Shown here one piece after another: positions 1 through 11,395 of a DNA stretch of 64,000 nt. Origin of the DNA: Minisyncoccota bacterium (GTDB taxonomy: Bacteria > Patescibacteriota > Minisyncoccia > Phycocordibacterales > UBA918); contig JAJOLD010000001.1 of NCBI GenBank assembly GCA_021129515.1, positions 164,850 through 228,849 on the forward strand, given 5' to 3'. Each line of letters opens with the position of its first letter. Within the stretch, counting starts at the first letter, position 1. The position numbers and the translations under genes were made by a program. Under the pieces are notes generated by a model, which saw nothing but the letters and a program-made list of their open reading frames with translations, was not told the DNA's origin and did not search any database.

Positions 1-427
1 CGGTTGCGCCAAAGAGTGCCAGGAAAGCCGTGAGGAGGAAGCTCCCACAGGCAGCACACCCAATACCAAAAAACCCACTTATCACACCCCCAAGACTTGT
101 TGCGCCTACCCCCTTGATACTGCGCACACCACCACGCATGGTACGTATGTAGTATGTGAGCAACGCCACATTGATACCAAAAAGTATCGCAATCAATATG
201 GTGTATGTAGCAGCTACTGTGGTGAAATTGGTTCCTATCACTCCATAGAGGCTGAGTAGGAATTTTGCCTTCATAACTACTGTGAACATAGGCGAAGCGA
301 GGACTGTGCCTACGAGCGCAAGGTTAGACAGCCACACAGAAAAGGTGAACACCACCAGCGAAACCACTGCCGCGAGTATCGCGTACAGTGGTTTCCTAAA
401 AACAGTGTGTAGTGTTGCCCACACCAT
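1..427 (-). CDS. Membrane protein with GIGCAACG motif, runs off the window edge; likely co-transcribed with the DsbA gene
   Basis: Manual translation from ATG at 427: MVWATLHTVFRKPLYAILAAVVSLVVF...GFFGIGCAACGSFLLTAFL; hydrophobic, CxxC; not in the ORF track because it is truncated. Confidence 0.7.
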   Translation of the reverse strand, partial: MVWATLHTVFRKPLYAILAAVVSLVVFTFSVWLSNLALVGTVLASPMFTVVMKAKFLLSLYGVIGTNFTTVAATYTILIAILFGINVALLTYYIRTMRGGVRSIKGVGATSLGGVISGFFGIGCAACGSFLLTAFLALFGAT

Positions 428-432
428 ACGTA

Positions 433-1176
433 TTACTGCTGTCGTGCTGCGTCGATAAGCTGCTGTACAGAAGGAAGCGGCAACGCACCATTAACAGGGA
501 GTGTGGTGCCATTTGGAGTCACAATAATACTCCATGGCGTACCGCGCCCGCCAGTTGCAATAGCGTTTTCAATATCTTCCTGAATGCGTGCATCGTGTCG
601 ATTGCTTTCATAACAATCATTAAACGCCACTCTATCAAGCCCCATCTCATCAACAATACGCGGAATCAATGTTTCAACATCGGTACGGTTGTTTGATGGT
701 GATAGCTCGAGATATCGGTCAGCAAAGGTCCAGAAACCATCGTTACCACCAAGTTCGGCAGCACATTCAGAAGCAAGGGCTGCTGCACGCGCTTTTACTG
801 GATGGAGTGATTCCAACGGAAACTGACGATACACCCAGGCTACGTCTGGATTGTCTTCGACAATAGTATACATGGTTGCATGAAATCGCTTACAGAACGG
901 ACACTCAAAGTCTGAGTATTCAACCACCTTAATTGGCGCATCAGGATCACCAAGAATGTGGTCACGCTCGTCGACTGCCCGAACGAGGTTAGTAGTGTCT
1001 TCTGGTTCAGCAGGTGCCGTTGGCTGTGCTGCTGCCGGATACGTTGGTGCTGCAGGTGGTGTCGTGCTGCCACCACTACTGAAGTATAGTCCACCTGCGA
1101 TGAATGCTCCTGCGATAACAATTGCAAGTGGGGTGAGGTATGGATTAGCTGTTTGTTTCATGATGTAGATTAACAA
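433..1176 (-). CDS. DsbA-family thiol-disulfide oxidoreductase
   Basis: EYSDFECPFCKRF active site, GGRGTP cis-Pro motif, N-terminal TM anchor. Confidence 0.92.
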   Translation of the reverse strand: MLIYIMKQTANPYLTPLAIVIAGAFIAGGLYFSSGGSTTPPAAPTYPAAAQPTAPAEPEDTTNLVRAVDERDHILGDPDAPIKVVEYSDFECPFCKRFHATMYTIVEDNPDVAWVYRQFPLESLHPVKARAAALASECAAELGGNDGFWTFADRYLELSPSNNRTDVETLIPRIVDEMGLDRVAFNDCYESNRHDARIQEDIENAIATGGRGTPWSIIVTPNGTTLPVNGALPLPSVQQLIDAARQQ

Positions 1177-1199
1177 TTAGGTTAACTATGAGTAATGCG

Positions 1200-1580
1200 T
1201 TACGTCCGTTGCGTACTATCGTACAGTATAGGATGCAAGATACCACTTCCAAAAAATTCTGAAAGATAGCAATATCTCCGTATTGATGTACCTCTGTATA
1301 CTGCAGGCATTGTACTGTATACAGGCAACCGCACGAGCGCATATGGCACGATACTACCAAGCAACATTGCGCTCAAAAGCAATAATAATAACAATGTATG
1401 TGTATCGGTAATAGTAATTTCGGTGATGGTACCAATAATTGCACACGCACCATGCGTGTTGCCATCATCAGCAATGACTGGGTCGAGTGTGGTACATGCA
1501 ACAATAGTAATACTCAAGAGCATGATCAAAAAGACCATACTTCGTTCTATATACGCATTTGTGTGCCACCATCGTTTCAT
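1200..1580 (-). CDS. Hypothetical membrane protein
   Basis: 126-aa ORF with two hydrophobic segments, co-oriented upstream of DsbA. Confidence 0.5.
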   Translation of the reverse strand: MKRWWHTNAYIERSMVFLIMLLSITIVACTTLDPVIADDGNTHGACAIIGTITEITITDTHTLLLLLLLSAMLLGSIVPYALVRLPVYSTMPAVYRGTSIRRYCYLSEFFGSGILHPILYDSTQRT

Positions 1581-1692
1581 ACAATCACTCTATGATACCA
1601 AACAAACAGTATTACGCACACACTGCACTAGGCTTGAAAAAGTGCTCATACAGGGGTACTGTGTGAAGAGATGTGTTGATACGGAGAGTGCC

Positions 1693-2022
1693 ATGAGCGT
1701 AATTTCACTTCCTAATCGAAACAAGTCACCAAGCGTATTGCAAATACGAGCTCAGCGATGTGGTGCATTCCACGAATTACTACAGGAGCTGCCTACATTA
1801 CTTCCCACTATACTAACCTTCGATAGTATAGTGGGGATATTATCTGTAGATGAAAAAGCAATGACTAATCTTTGGCGGGCATACACACATAATAAAACCG
1901 TTATACTTGTATGTGTGTCAGCATATGGTCTCCGCCTGTTTCTGGAGACACGAGCATCTTTTGATGCAGCAATAGAGAGAAACTATTTTATATGTGCAGA
2001 GTGTCAACAACGTTGTCGCTAA
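1693..2022 (+). CDS. Hypothetical protein, possibly frameshifted and continuing to ~2157
   Basis: ATG at 1693 after GGAGAG; a short ORF follows in another frame, then a terminator-like hairpin at 2177-2203. Confidence 0.35.
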   Translation: MSVISLPNRNKSPSVLQIRAQRCGAFHELLQELPTLLPTILTFDSIVGILSVDEKAMTNLWRAYTHNKTVILVCVSAYGLRLFLETRASFDAAIERNYFICAECQQRCR

Positions 2023-2262
2023 ACTCTTTCGGACGATGCCAAGCTTGACACTAGACGAAATACAGGCACTTCGTAAAAACAAACAAGCATTTGAGGATAT
2101 TCGGTACGTACTTGCAAGTGCTGCTGATGGCGAGCCACTTTCGTTCAACGTACTATAAGTGCGGACAAGTCACAGAAGACCCGCGGACAATGCGGGGTCT
2201 TTGCCTATCTGATTGTTTTAGTGCATAATCCTCTGGAATTTTGATCTTTGAAGGAGAAGCTG

Positions 2263-2460
2263 ATGCAAAACACCTACATGGCACTGGTGCAGTTTGGTAA
2301 GAGCAAAACGGTGTGGATGTCATTTACTGACAGTACTGCATTTGAAGCGTGGCAAGCAATCAAACGCGCAGATATAGATGAGGGTAGGACTATAATACTC
2401 AAGAGAAATTGCACACTTGAGTATGCAAAAGCGAATCCCGTGTTTCCTGCTGCCGTATAA
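2263..2460 (+). CDS. Small hypothetical protein
   Basis: AAGGAG upstream of ATG; followed by a hairpin terminator. Confidence 0.45.
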   Translation: MQNTYMALVQFGKSKTVWMSFTDSTAFEAWQAIKRADIDEGRTIILKRNCTLEYAKANPVFPAAV

Positions 2461-2477
2461 CAGTGCCTTACACACAA

Positions 2478-2506
2478 AAAAGGTCCGCAAGATTGCGGAC
2501 CTTTTC
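2478..2506. terminator. Bidirectional intrinsic terminator at the end of the atp operon
   Basis: aaaa-ggtccgcaa-ga-ttgcggacc-tttt between convergent genes. Confidence 0.75.
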
Positions 2507-2519
2507 AATATGTATCAAT

Positions 2520-2771
2520 TTAAATAAGCAGAATCGCGCGGTTGTTGCTGACCTCGAGGGTACCGTTTTTGAGGTCGTGGGTTTCTACGTCTCCGTCAGG
2601 CTTGGTGACTTTGATAGTGCCTTTACGGAGTGAGGTGATGATGGCTGCGTGGTGTGCGAGGATTTCCATGTCACCTTCGGTACCAGGCACTGAGAGTGAG
2701 ATTGCGTCACCATCAAAGACGGGACCGTCTACTTTGGTAACTGTTACGTGGAGAAGTTCTTGGTTTGACAT
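2520..2771 (-). CDS. atpC: F1 ATP synthase epsilon subunit (beta-sandwich domain only)
   Basis: PGTEGDMEILAHHA motif; last gene of the operon; 83 aa. Confidence 0.92.
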   Translation of the reverse strand: MSNQELLHVTVTKVDGPVFDGDAISLSVPGTEGDMEILAHHAAIITSLRKGTIKVTKPDGDVETHDLKNGTLEVSNNRAILLI

Positions 2772-2870
2772 GATAGTTAGCGCTTAGTACGTAGCTCATA
2801 GTACTTAAGTTTGCCTGCGGCAAAGTGGTACTGATTGCTGTGTTTTGTTGGTAATATTTTGGATTTTGTT

Positions 2871-2928
2871 GTCATCCTGAATTTAGTTCAGGATCTTATG
2901 AGATGCTGAAACGAGTTCAGCATGAGAC
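2871..2928. repeat. REP-like palindromic doublet (GTCATCCTGAA..TTCAGGATCT type), copy 1
   Basis: gtcatcctgaatttagttcaggatcttatgagatgctgaaacgagttcagcatga; related copies at 4399, 41268, 58241. Confidence 0.75.
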
Positions 2929-2938
2929 GGTTTCGGGC

Positions 2939-4324
<1,386 letters not shown>

Positions 4325-4398
4325 TTAGCTCTTAGCACTTAGTTTTTGCCTTTGGCAAAAAAGTAATGAATAATGTAATTTAATAAATCTTGTCTTGC

Positions 4399-4429
4399 AT
4401 GTCATCCTGAATTCAGTTCAGAATGACAT
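4399..4429. repeat. REP-like palindrome, copy 2 (single unit)
   Basis: atgtcatcctgaattcagttcagaatgacat. Confidence 0.65.
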
Positions 4430-4561
4430 CTAATTTGACTCTTTGTAATAACTCAACGTACTGCTGAGTATCTGAGGTAGGAGTGTTCCTGCTCCAGATA
4501 CTCGGCACTACATATTGTGTTTTCTCATGTCTCAAAACCTGAGATGTTTCCACCTTGGAGG

Positions 4562-4670
4562 CTTGAGTTGAGCATAATTCAAGGCGTGCGAGGAAAATAT
4601 TTTAAGGTGTATTGACTTATACAGTGCAAAATATTTTCCGAAGCACAACACAGAAGTATGCCAAATCAAG
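4562..4670. repeat. ~110-bp imperfect palindromic element overlapping the atpG stop
   Basis: cttga..gcata..gaggaaaatatttt..tgtat tgactt ataca..aaaatattttcc..tatgc..tcaag nested arms. Confidence 0.55.
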
Positions 4671-5574
4671 TCTTCAAGGCTTCGATACCGCCCGTAATCT
4701 CTGATACCTCAGCGGTGATCACTGCCTGCCGTTCCTTGTTAAAGCGCAGTGTCAGTTCCTTTTCAATTTCCTTTGACTTGTCGGTTGCGCTCTTCATCGC
4801 AACCATACGCGCAGAGTGCTCTGAGGCTTTGCTCTCGAGCATCGCGCGGTAGACCATGATCTGCACCAATTTTGGAATAAGAGATTTGAGCACCTCTTCT
4901 GGGTTTGGTTCGATGGTGTAGGTATGCTCACCCAAATCCTTTTCTTCCTCACTGTAGCGACCGGTCTTCGGTAAGATATCGCGCACCATCACCTCAAGCA
5001 CGTTTGGCTCAAGCGGCAGTACCTGACGAGTAAGGGCGTTCTGTTCAAATGTTGAAACAAAGTTTTGATATGCAATCGATACCTTGATGTACGCACCCCG
5101 ATCGAACATGCTTGTCACAAAGTCGATGAGGTCGTACATGTCATCGAGTTCTACATTGTCACTAATGTTGGTATATGACTTGTCGAGCATGTACCCTTCA
5201 CGGCTACAAAACTCCACCGCTTTTCGACCAAAGGCAATCATGCGCATGCGCTCCTTTTCGCCTGCAAATGACTTCTCAAGGTTCTTGAGTACTGCACTAT
5301 TGAGACTTCCTGCAAGCCCTTTATCACTCGTGATAACAATACAGCAGTGGTGTCCCTCGGCAGTATCACTCGGGGTCTCAAAAAAATGCTTTCCGTCGAG
5401 ACTGTTGCTGATACGGTGCAGAATGCGGATTGCTGACTCAGCGTACGGTTTCCCCGCGATTGCGCGCTCCTGACTTTTGCGCATCTTAACCGCAGAAACA
5501 GACTCCATCGCCTTGGTCACCTTGCCAGTCTTTTTGGTTGAAACTATTTGGTTTTTAATTTGTTTGAGACCCAT
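4666..5574 (-). CDS. atpG: F1 ATP synthase gamma subunit
   Basis: ITSDKGLAGSLN, ASEHSARMVAMKSAT, RQAVITAEVSEI. Confidence 0.98.
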   Translation of the reverse strand: MGLKQIKNQIVSTKKTGKVTKAMESVSAVKMRKSQERAIAGKPYAESAIRILHRISNSLDGKHFFETPSDTAEGHHCCIVITSDKGLAGSLNSAVLKNLEKSFAGEKERMRMIAFGRKAVEFCSREGYMLDKSYTNISDNVELDDMYDLIDFVTSMFDRGAYIKVSIAYQNFVSTFEQNALTRQVLPLEPNVLEVMVRDILPKTGRYSEEEKDLGEHTYTIEPNPEEVLKSLIPKLVQIMVYRAMLESKASEHSARMVAMKSATDKSKEIEKELTLRFNKERQAVITAEVSEITGGIEALKT

Positions 5575-5600
5575 AGTGGTGTGTAATGATTACTTGATCA

Positions 5601-7166
5601 TTAAGCTTGATAGAAGTTTGGATGCGCTTCTTTGAATGCTGGAATTGATTCGGTCAGTGCTTTTTCGGTTTCTTCAGAAATTGCTTTTTCTGACTCAATA
5701 CTTTCAAGTACGGTCCTGTGATCACGTTCGATGAAGCCTTGGTATGCTTCCTCAATTTCCTTCACTTGCTCCACTGCTGCACCATCAAAGATGCCGTTGT
5801 TTGCTGCAAAGAGAATGACTACCTGCTTGTAGAACGCAAGTGGCTGTCCCTGCACCTGCTTCAAGAGCTCGGTGAACTTACGACCGCTTTCGATACGTGC
5901 CTTGGTTTCTTCATCGAGGTCACTTGCAAACTGCATAAATGCTTCAAGTTCACGGAACTGTGCAAGTTCAAGACGAATCTTTCCTGACACCTTCTTCATT
6001 GCTTTGGTCTGTGCAGCACTACCGACACGAGATACGGAAATACCCACGTTCAGTGCAGGTCGAATACCTTTGTTGAAGAGATCGGTCTCAAGGAAAATCT
6101 GTCCATCGGTAATTGAAATCACATTGGTTGGAATGTATGCAGATACGTCACCTTCTTGTGTTTCAATGATTGGAAGTGCGGTAATAGAACCACCGCCAAG
6201 CTTTTCTGAAAGCTTGGCTGATCGTTCGAGGAGTCGTGAATGGAGGTAGAAAATGTCTCCCGGGTATGCTTCTCGTCCTGGAGGTCGTCGAAGCAAGAGT
6301 GACATTTGTCGATATGCAACCGCGTGTTTTGAAAGGTCATCAAAAATAACGAGCACATCCTTTCCTTGCTCCATGAAGTACTCACCAATAGCTGCTCCTG
6401 CAAATGGTGCGAGGAACAACAGTGGTGATGGCTCAAATGGAGAGGTCGTGATGACGGTGGTGTACTCCATTGCACCAGCTTCTTGGAGCTTACCAACGAT
6501 ACCAGCAGTTTTGGACTGCTTCTGTCCAATTGCAACATAAATACAGATTGGACGTGTCGCTTCAGGTTCGTACTTCTGGTTGATGATGGTGTCGATGGCG
6601 ACAGTTGTTTTACCGGTACCACGGTCACCAATAATAAGTTCGCGCTGCCCGCGACCAATAGGAATCATGGAATCCACTGATTTGATACCAGTGTGAATTG
6701 GTGTATCAACGCCTGAGCGCTCCATCACACCGTATGCAACGCGCTCAATTGGCATGTCTTTGTCAGTTTTGATGGTGCCCTGTCCATCAACAGCTTCACC
6801 AAGTGGATTGATGACACGTCCAACGATATCTTCACCAACCGGAATAGAAAGCAACTTTCCAGTTCGGCGCACCTGCATACCCTCCTGTACCGCAGTGGTG
6901 TCACCAAGGACAACCACCTTCACCGCATTTTCCTCAAGGTTGAGGATGAGTCCGTAGAGTACGGCGTCAGACGCAATGGTCTCTTCGAGTGTTTTACCGT
7001 CACCATCGTCAAAGACGACCATCTCCATCATCTGTGCAGATGCGAGACCATCGATCTCTGCGATACCGTCTCCGATACCGGTCACCACACCGATTTCCTC
7101 AGCTGCGACTGATGCATCGATGTTTTCGATTTCCTTTTTGATTCGTTCAATAATTGCTGTACTCAT
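5601..7166 (-). CDS. atpA: F1 ATP synthase alpha subunit
   Basis: GDRGTGKT Walker A, RPPGREAYPGD. Confidence 0.99.
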   Translation of the reverse strand: MSTAIIERIKKEIENIDASVAAEEIGVVTGIGDGIAEIDGLASAQMMEMVVFDDGDGKTLEETIASDAVLYGLILNLEENAVKVVVLGDTTAVQEGMQVRRTGKLLSIPVGEDIVGRVINPLGEAVDGQGTIKTDKDMPIERVAYGVMERSGVDTPIHTGIKSVDSMIPIGRGQRELIIGDRGTGKTTVAIDTIINQKYEPEATRPICIYVAIGQKQSKTAGIVGKLQEAGAMEYTTVITTSPFEPSPLLFLAPFAGAAIGEYFMEQGKDVLVIFDDLSKHAVAYRQMSLLLRRPPGREAYPGDIFYLHSRLLERSAKLSEKLGGGSITALPIIETQEGDVSAYIPTNVISITDGQIFLETDLFNKGIRPALNVGISVSRVGSAAQTKAMKKVSGKIRLELAQFRELEAFMQFASDLDEETKARIESGRKFTELLKQVQGQPLAFYKQVVILFAANNGIFDGAAVEQVKEIEEAYQGFIERDHRTVLESIESEKAISEETEKALTESIPAFKEAHPNFYQA

Positions 7167-7183
7167 ATGCGTTGCGTGAATAA

Positions 7184-7570
7184 TTAGCGGGTTGCGGCCC
7201 GATAGAGGTTAATAAGTGTACGTTTAAACGTGTTGTTAATAGTTTTTTGGTGTGCGGTTACCTGGTAGCCACCGATGAGCGTGTCGTCGATATGTGTTCG
7301 ATACTCCCCTTCGGCGCCAAGTGTTTTGAGTGCATCTTCAATCTGTGTTTTGTATTTTAAGGTATCAGTGTCGGTGCGGATTGATACCGTTGCAACAGCA
7401 GTTGCATTTTGCTGCTCGATATCAGTGACGAGCTGTGTGAGGATGTTACGAAGTAACCGCTCATGACCACGCTTTTTAAGGAGCGCAGTGAGCTTTGTAA
7501 GCACGGCATCAAACGAAGTGTCTTCGTTTAGCATGAGCAGTGCTGCTTTGCTGTAGTCGGTTACATTCAT
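7184..7570 (-). CDS. atpH: F1 ATP synthase delta subunit (short)
   Basis: Operon position; IDDTLIGGY C-terminal motif. Confidence 0.8.
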   Translation of the reverse strand: MNVTDYSKAALLMLNEDTSFDAVLTKLTALLKKRGHERLLRNILTQLVTDIEQQNATAVATVSIRTDTDTLKYKTQIEDALKTLGAEGEYRTHIDDTLIGGYQVTAHQKTINNTFKRTLINLYRAATR

Positions 7571-7585
7571 GTTTAATACAAAATA

Positions 7586-8032
7586 TTACTGTTTCTCGAT
7601 GAGAATGCGTTCAGCAGCAAGGACGGCAATTTTTGCCACTTCTGCTTCACTCTCCTTCTGTGCTTTTGCTGCGAGTTCTTCCCCTTTTTTCACAGCATCA
7701 GCGACGATATTCTCTGCACGAGACTCTGCGTTTTTCACGATGTCAGCACCCTGTGCTTCAGCGTGTGCGCGAGCATTCTGTGCAGTTGTTGCAGCTTCTT
7801 CATTTGCTGCAGCGACGATGCTGGCACGCTCTGCATCAGCGGCGGCACGTGCCTGCTTTGCAGCGTCTGCATCACGCACTCCTTCCTCGATCTTTGCTTG
7901 CCGCTCAGACAAAATTTTCAATACGGGAGTGTAGAGGAAATACCACAACCCCACCATGAGGATGAAGAAGTTTATGATCTGGATGACGATGAGTCGTGCA
8001 TCAACACCAAATGTGCTTATAATCTCGTGCAT
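7586..8032 (-). CDS. atpF: Fo ATP synthase subunit b
   Basis: QIINFFIL..FLYTPVLKILSERQAKI, then Ala-rich coiled coil. Confidence 0.93.
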   Translation of the reverse strand: MHEIISTFGVDARLIVIQIINFFILMVGLWYFLYTPVLKILSERQAKIEEGVRDADAAKQARAAADAERASIVAAANEEAATTAQNARAHAEAQGADIVKNAESRAENIVADAVKKGEELAAKAQKESEAEVAKIAVLAAERILIEKQ

Positions 8033-8083
8033 ATAATGGTTTTTTAGTTACTGAACTGCCAAAGTCAGCCACGCTACGTAAAA

Positions 8084-8317
<234 letters not shown>

Positions 8318-8381
8318 TTATTTCTTACTAATAAATAAGTGAGAGGGACACACGGTTTAGTGGGGCTCCCTCACCTACCTA

Positions 8382-9155
8382 CTAGTGTGGTTCTTCTATC
8401 GCGAGCTTGATGAAGAATAACGTCAGCGTCGCAAAGATAAATGCCTGAATAAACCCAACAAATATCTCAAACGCCAACAATGGTACCGGTACAACGTACG
8501 GCACAAAGAAGAGTGCCACAAGAATAAGGGTTTTTCCAGCAAAAATATTTCCGAAGAGACGGAATGAAAACGACACAAGACGCGCCAACTCACTGATAAG
8601 CTCAATAATACCAATAAGGAACCCAAGTGGTGACTTGAAGTTGATAAACTTCCCTGCGTATTTCACAAATCCAAGCATCAACACACCGGCGATCTCAATG
8701 GTGAAGAACGCCACAATAGCAAACGCAATGGTGATATTGAGGTCAGTGTTACCTGGATACAGAAGTGGAATAAATTTCTCATGGCCGTGTGATTCTCCAT
8801 AGAATCCAATTGAGGTAACGCCGGGCAGGAGCCCCACCCAGTTAATCGCAAGTACAAAAATGAAAATAGTGAGAATGAGCGGGAAGAATTTATTTGCGAG
8901 CTTCTCGCTGCCGAGTGTGTCTTTAATGTATGAAAATGCCCCGCCTACCAATGTTTCCATAGCAGCCTGCCCCTTGCCTGGAATAAGCGCAATATTACGC
9001 TTAAACAAAAATGCACCCACTAACACAATGACCATAACGAACCATACGGTAATGAGTGTATTGGTGATAGGTACACCAAAGGCGTACCCGACTATTTCCG
9101 GGGCAAGGTGGATTGCAATACCATCTCCTGCGGCGTGTGCTGTTTCTACTGCCAT
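8382..9155 (-). CDS. atpB: Fo ATP synthase subunit a
   Basis: SFSFRLFGNIFAG, IQAFIFATLT. Confidence 0.97.
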   Translation of the reverse strand: MAVETAHAAGDGIAIHLAPEIVGYAFGVPITNTLITVWFVMVIVLVGAFLFKRNIALIPGKGQAAMETLVGGAFSYIKDTLGSEKLANKFFPLILTIFIFVLAINWVGLLPGVTSIGFYGESHGHEKFIPLLYPGNTDLNITIAFAIVAFFTIEIAGVLMLGFVKYAGKFINFKSPLGFLIGIIELISELARLVSFSFRLFGNIFAGKTLILVALFFVPYVVPVPLLAFEIFVGFIQAFIFATLTLFFIKLAIEEPH

Positions 9156-9172
9156 ATCAATCCGTGCAAGTA

Positions 9173-9385
9173 CTATTGCACGCGGGCAGTATATCCTAAC
9201 CTTTCAATCTCTTCAACAATGTTCTGTACGGAAACCTCGTTGAGATCTACTTCAAATATCCCCTTTTTATTATCGAGATCAATATGTACGAATTCCACAC
9301 CATGCAACATCTCGGTCATGGTTTGAATACCAACCACACAGTGGTTTGAGCGAATACCTGAAATGGAGATTTCAATCTTGTCCAT
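9173..9385 (-). CDS. Heavy-metal-associated (HMA/CopZ-like) domain protein with degenerate SxxC site
   Basis: ISGIRSNHCV...IEEIERLGY pattern. Confidence 0.7.
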   Translation of the reverse strand: MDKIEISISGIRSNHCVVGIQTMTEMLHGVEFVHIDLDNKKGIFEVDLNEVSVQNIVEEIERLGYTARVQ

Positions 9386-9583
9386 GGGTATAGTATATAG
9401 TACGTTGAAAATATACTTGACCTTCGAGTGCAAAACTCGTATTATAGGCAGGTTCAATTTTTTGAACGCCCATTTTTTATACGGGCCTGTAGCTCAGTTT
9501 GGCTGGGGTTGAAAAAGTCTGGGGGACTTTTTCAAAGTTTTGATTTATAAATTAACAAATGAGTTTATTGTTCAGTGCACTGT

Positions 9584-9658
9584 GGGCCCGTAGCTCAGTT
9601 TGGCTAGAGCACCTGTTTTGCACTCAGGAGGTCGCTGGTTCGAGTCCAGTCGGGTCCA
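9584..9658 (+). tRNA. tRNA-Ala(TGC)
   Basis: Cloverleaf; anticodon loop TTTGCAC; G3:U70 identity pair; TTCGAGT T-loop; CCA not encoded. Confidence 0.97.
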
Positions 9659-9740
9659 CAGTGCACTGAACTTCAAACGTGAACTCATTTGTTAATTTAT
9701 AAATACTCAGGAGGTCACTGGTGAGAAGCGAATACTTGGA

Positions 9741-9939
9741 GTGAGAAGTGCTGGGAGCACTTTGCAAGAGGTTAACTGCTGCGCAAGCAGCGACAACCTG
9801 AACAGCTTCAGTGTGAAGTCGCAAGACCTTGGGAGATATTTCTGGAAGCATGAACAGAAATATCCTCAAGGTTGAAACAGGATGTTTCAAGAGGTTGTCA
9901 GTCACGTAAGTGACGACAACCTATACTGCATTTGTAAAA
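9741..9939 (+). mobile_element. Chain of two-hairpin mini-elements (module alpha) inside the T-loop of the broken tRNA-Ala copy
   Basis: gtgagaa-hp-tttgcaaga-hp-tgaacagcttcagtgtga (9741-9816) and ttgaaac-hp-tttcaaga-hp-tatactgcatttgtaaaa (9871-9939). Confidence 0.55.
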
Positions 9940-10175
9940 TGCACAGAATCTGTATGCAAGGCATTCTAAAACTGCATTCGTAATCCAGATAAAAGTAAAC
10001 TTTATATCTGGTTACTCATTTGTTTTAGTAAGATTCGAGTCCAGTCGGGTCCACAACACATAAGAAAACCTGCCCTGCGGTAGGTTTTTGCGTTGTGGAA
10101 GGTAAAACTATATTTTTTCTATTCCTACATTAAAAAATATTTTTGCCCGGGCAGGTGCTAGTTATGAGCGTTAGC

Positions 10176-10265
10176 GTGAGAAATGACTTAACGTCATTTT
10201 GCAAGACTCACTAAGATATTTGAAGTATGAGAAATATCTTAGTGAGTAGACAGTTCCTGTAAGGA
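10176..10265 (+). mobile_element. Module alpha copy
   Basis: gtgagaaatgac-ttaac-gtcattttgcaaga-ctcactaagatattt..aaatatcttagtgag-tagacagttcctgtaagg. Confidence 0.6.
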
Positions 10266-10425
10266 ATTACTAGCGAACGACACCAGAAGGTCTCGCTTTG
10301 CTTTCGTTTCTATGTGGAAGGCGAAGCGCTGTGAGTTGCCCCTTACCTAGGGTGACGAACCGAGGGTCCGAACAGGAGGTTCTTAGCAAACAAAGTGAAC
10401 TTAGAAACCTGACGTCATCAGAAAA

Positions 10426-10467
10426 GCGAAAAGAGCCCTCTCACTAGTGAGAGGGCTCTTTTCGCTT
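10426..10467. terminator. Long perfect hairpin, probable terminator
   Basis: gcgaaaagagccctctcactagtgagagggctcttttcgc. Confidence 0.65.
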
Positions 10468-10705
10468 AGAAAAACAAGATTATCAATGTCGTATTCAATC
10501 AAAATGTTCTCAGCCATTTTTTGAGCCTTGTCGTAGTTGGGAATTCCCATATATCTATAGTATCCACCTCCTCAGTAAAATGTAACTTATCCCCCATGCC
10601 CTCCTGACAACTTCCGTAAGAGGCATACCCTACGTATAGGACTCGTGCTTGCAGCGGGTTCGTTTTGGGTATAGGGTAGGAGGACATCCTTCACGTACGA
10701 GCAAC

Positions 10706-11287
10706 ATGTCAAAAAATCTGCACCAAGCGTCTATTCTTTTTTCTGACCTCTCTGGTTTCAGTAGGCTTTCTGAAAAAGAAATGGGGCTTTTTTTTGAAAT
10801 TGTACTCGACAGACTCACCCACATCATCACCAAAGAGAAACCGCTTGTTTCTAATACGTGGGGTGATGCACTCTACCTCGTTTTTGATAATACCGATGCA
10901 GCAGCACGCTGCGCACTGGCCATACGCGATACGGTCAAAAATACAGATTGGAAATCATGTCACATCACAAAAGATTTAAAAATGCGTATCGCACTGCATG
11001 CTGCCACCATAACGATGGTGACCGACCCAGTCACCCACAGAGATAATGCTGTTGGGGTTCAGGTAAATAAGGTTGCACGGCTCGAACCCGTGGTACCACC
11101 CAACGAAGTATTTGTCACCGAAGAATTTAAAAAAGCCACCAAACGTTCCAAGACCATACGTTTTGATGACATTGGGTTGGTGACCCTCGCAAAAAAATGG
11201 GGCAGTTCCCATATATACCGACTTCGCAGAAAAACTGATGCCGCATTACTCCCTACCGAGTACGTCGCACTCTTTCCAACGCAGTAA
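10706..11287 (+). CDS. Stand-alone class III adenylate/guanylate cyclase domain protein
   Basis: ILFSDLSGFS, NTWGDA, MRIALH, VNKVARLE motifs. Confidence 0.85.
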   Translation: MSKNLHQASILFSDLSGFSRLSEKEMGLFFEIVLDRLTHIITKEKPLVSNTWGDALYLVFDNTDAAARCALAIRDTVKNTDWKSCHITKDLKMRIALHAATITMVTDPVTHRDNAVGVQVNKVARLEPVVPPNEVFVTEEFKKATKRSKTIRFDDIGLVTLAKKWGSSHIYRLRRKTDAALLPTEYVALFPTQ

Positions 11288-11395
11288 AAGACAAAGGGCT
11301 ATACATGCACTTCTCTTCGCTTGTGTTGCATATAATGGAAAGGCCCCAGCATTACTGGAGCCCTTTGTTCTGTCGTGAGTACATGTGTGCTGCGC

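Larger units (their letters stand above)
9483..10055 (+). pseudogene. Fragmented outer tRNA-Ala copy in three pieces (9483-9504, 9705-9722, 10034-10055) enclosing the intact gene
   Basis: Pieces match the intact tRNA-Ala at 21/22, 17/18 and 22/22 nt, in correct order. Confidence 0.85.

Noticed and set aside
9723-10033. Group I intron in tRNA-Ala
   Set aside because: No P7 consensus seen; joining the outer pieces would still lack the D-stem 3' strand and anticodon.
10499-10687. Possible GIY-YIG fragment (RVLYVGYAS)
   Set aside because: Only one short motif; insufficient support.
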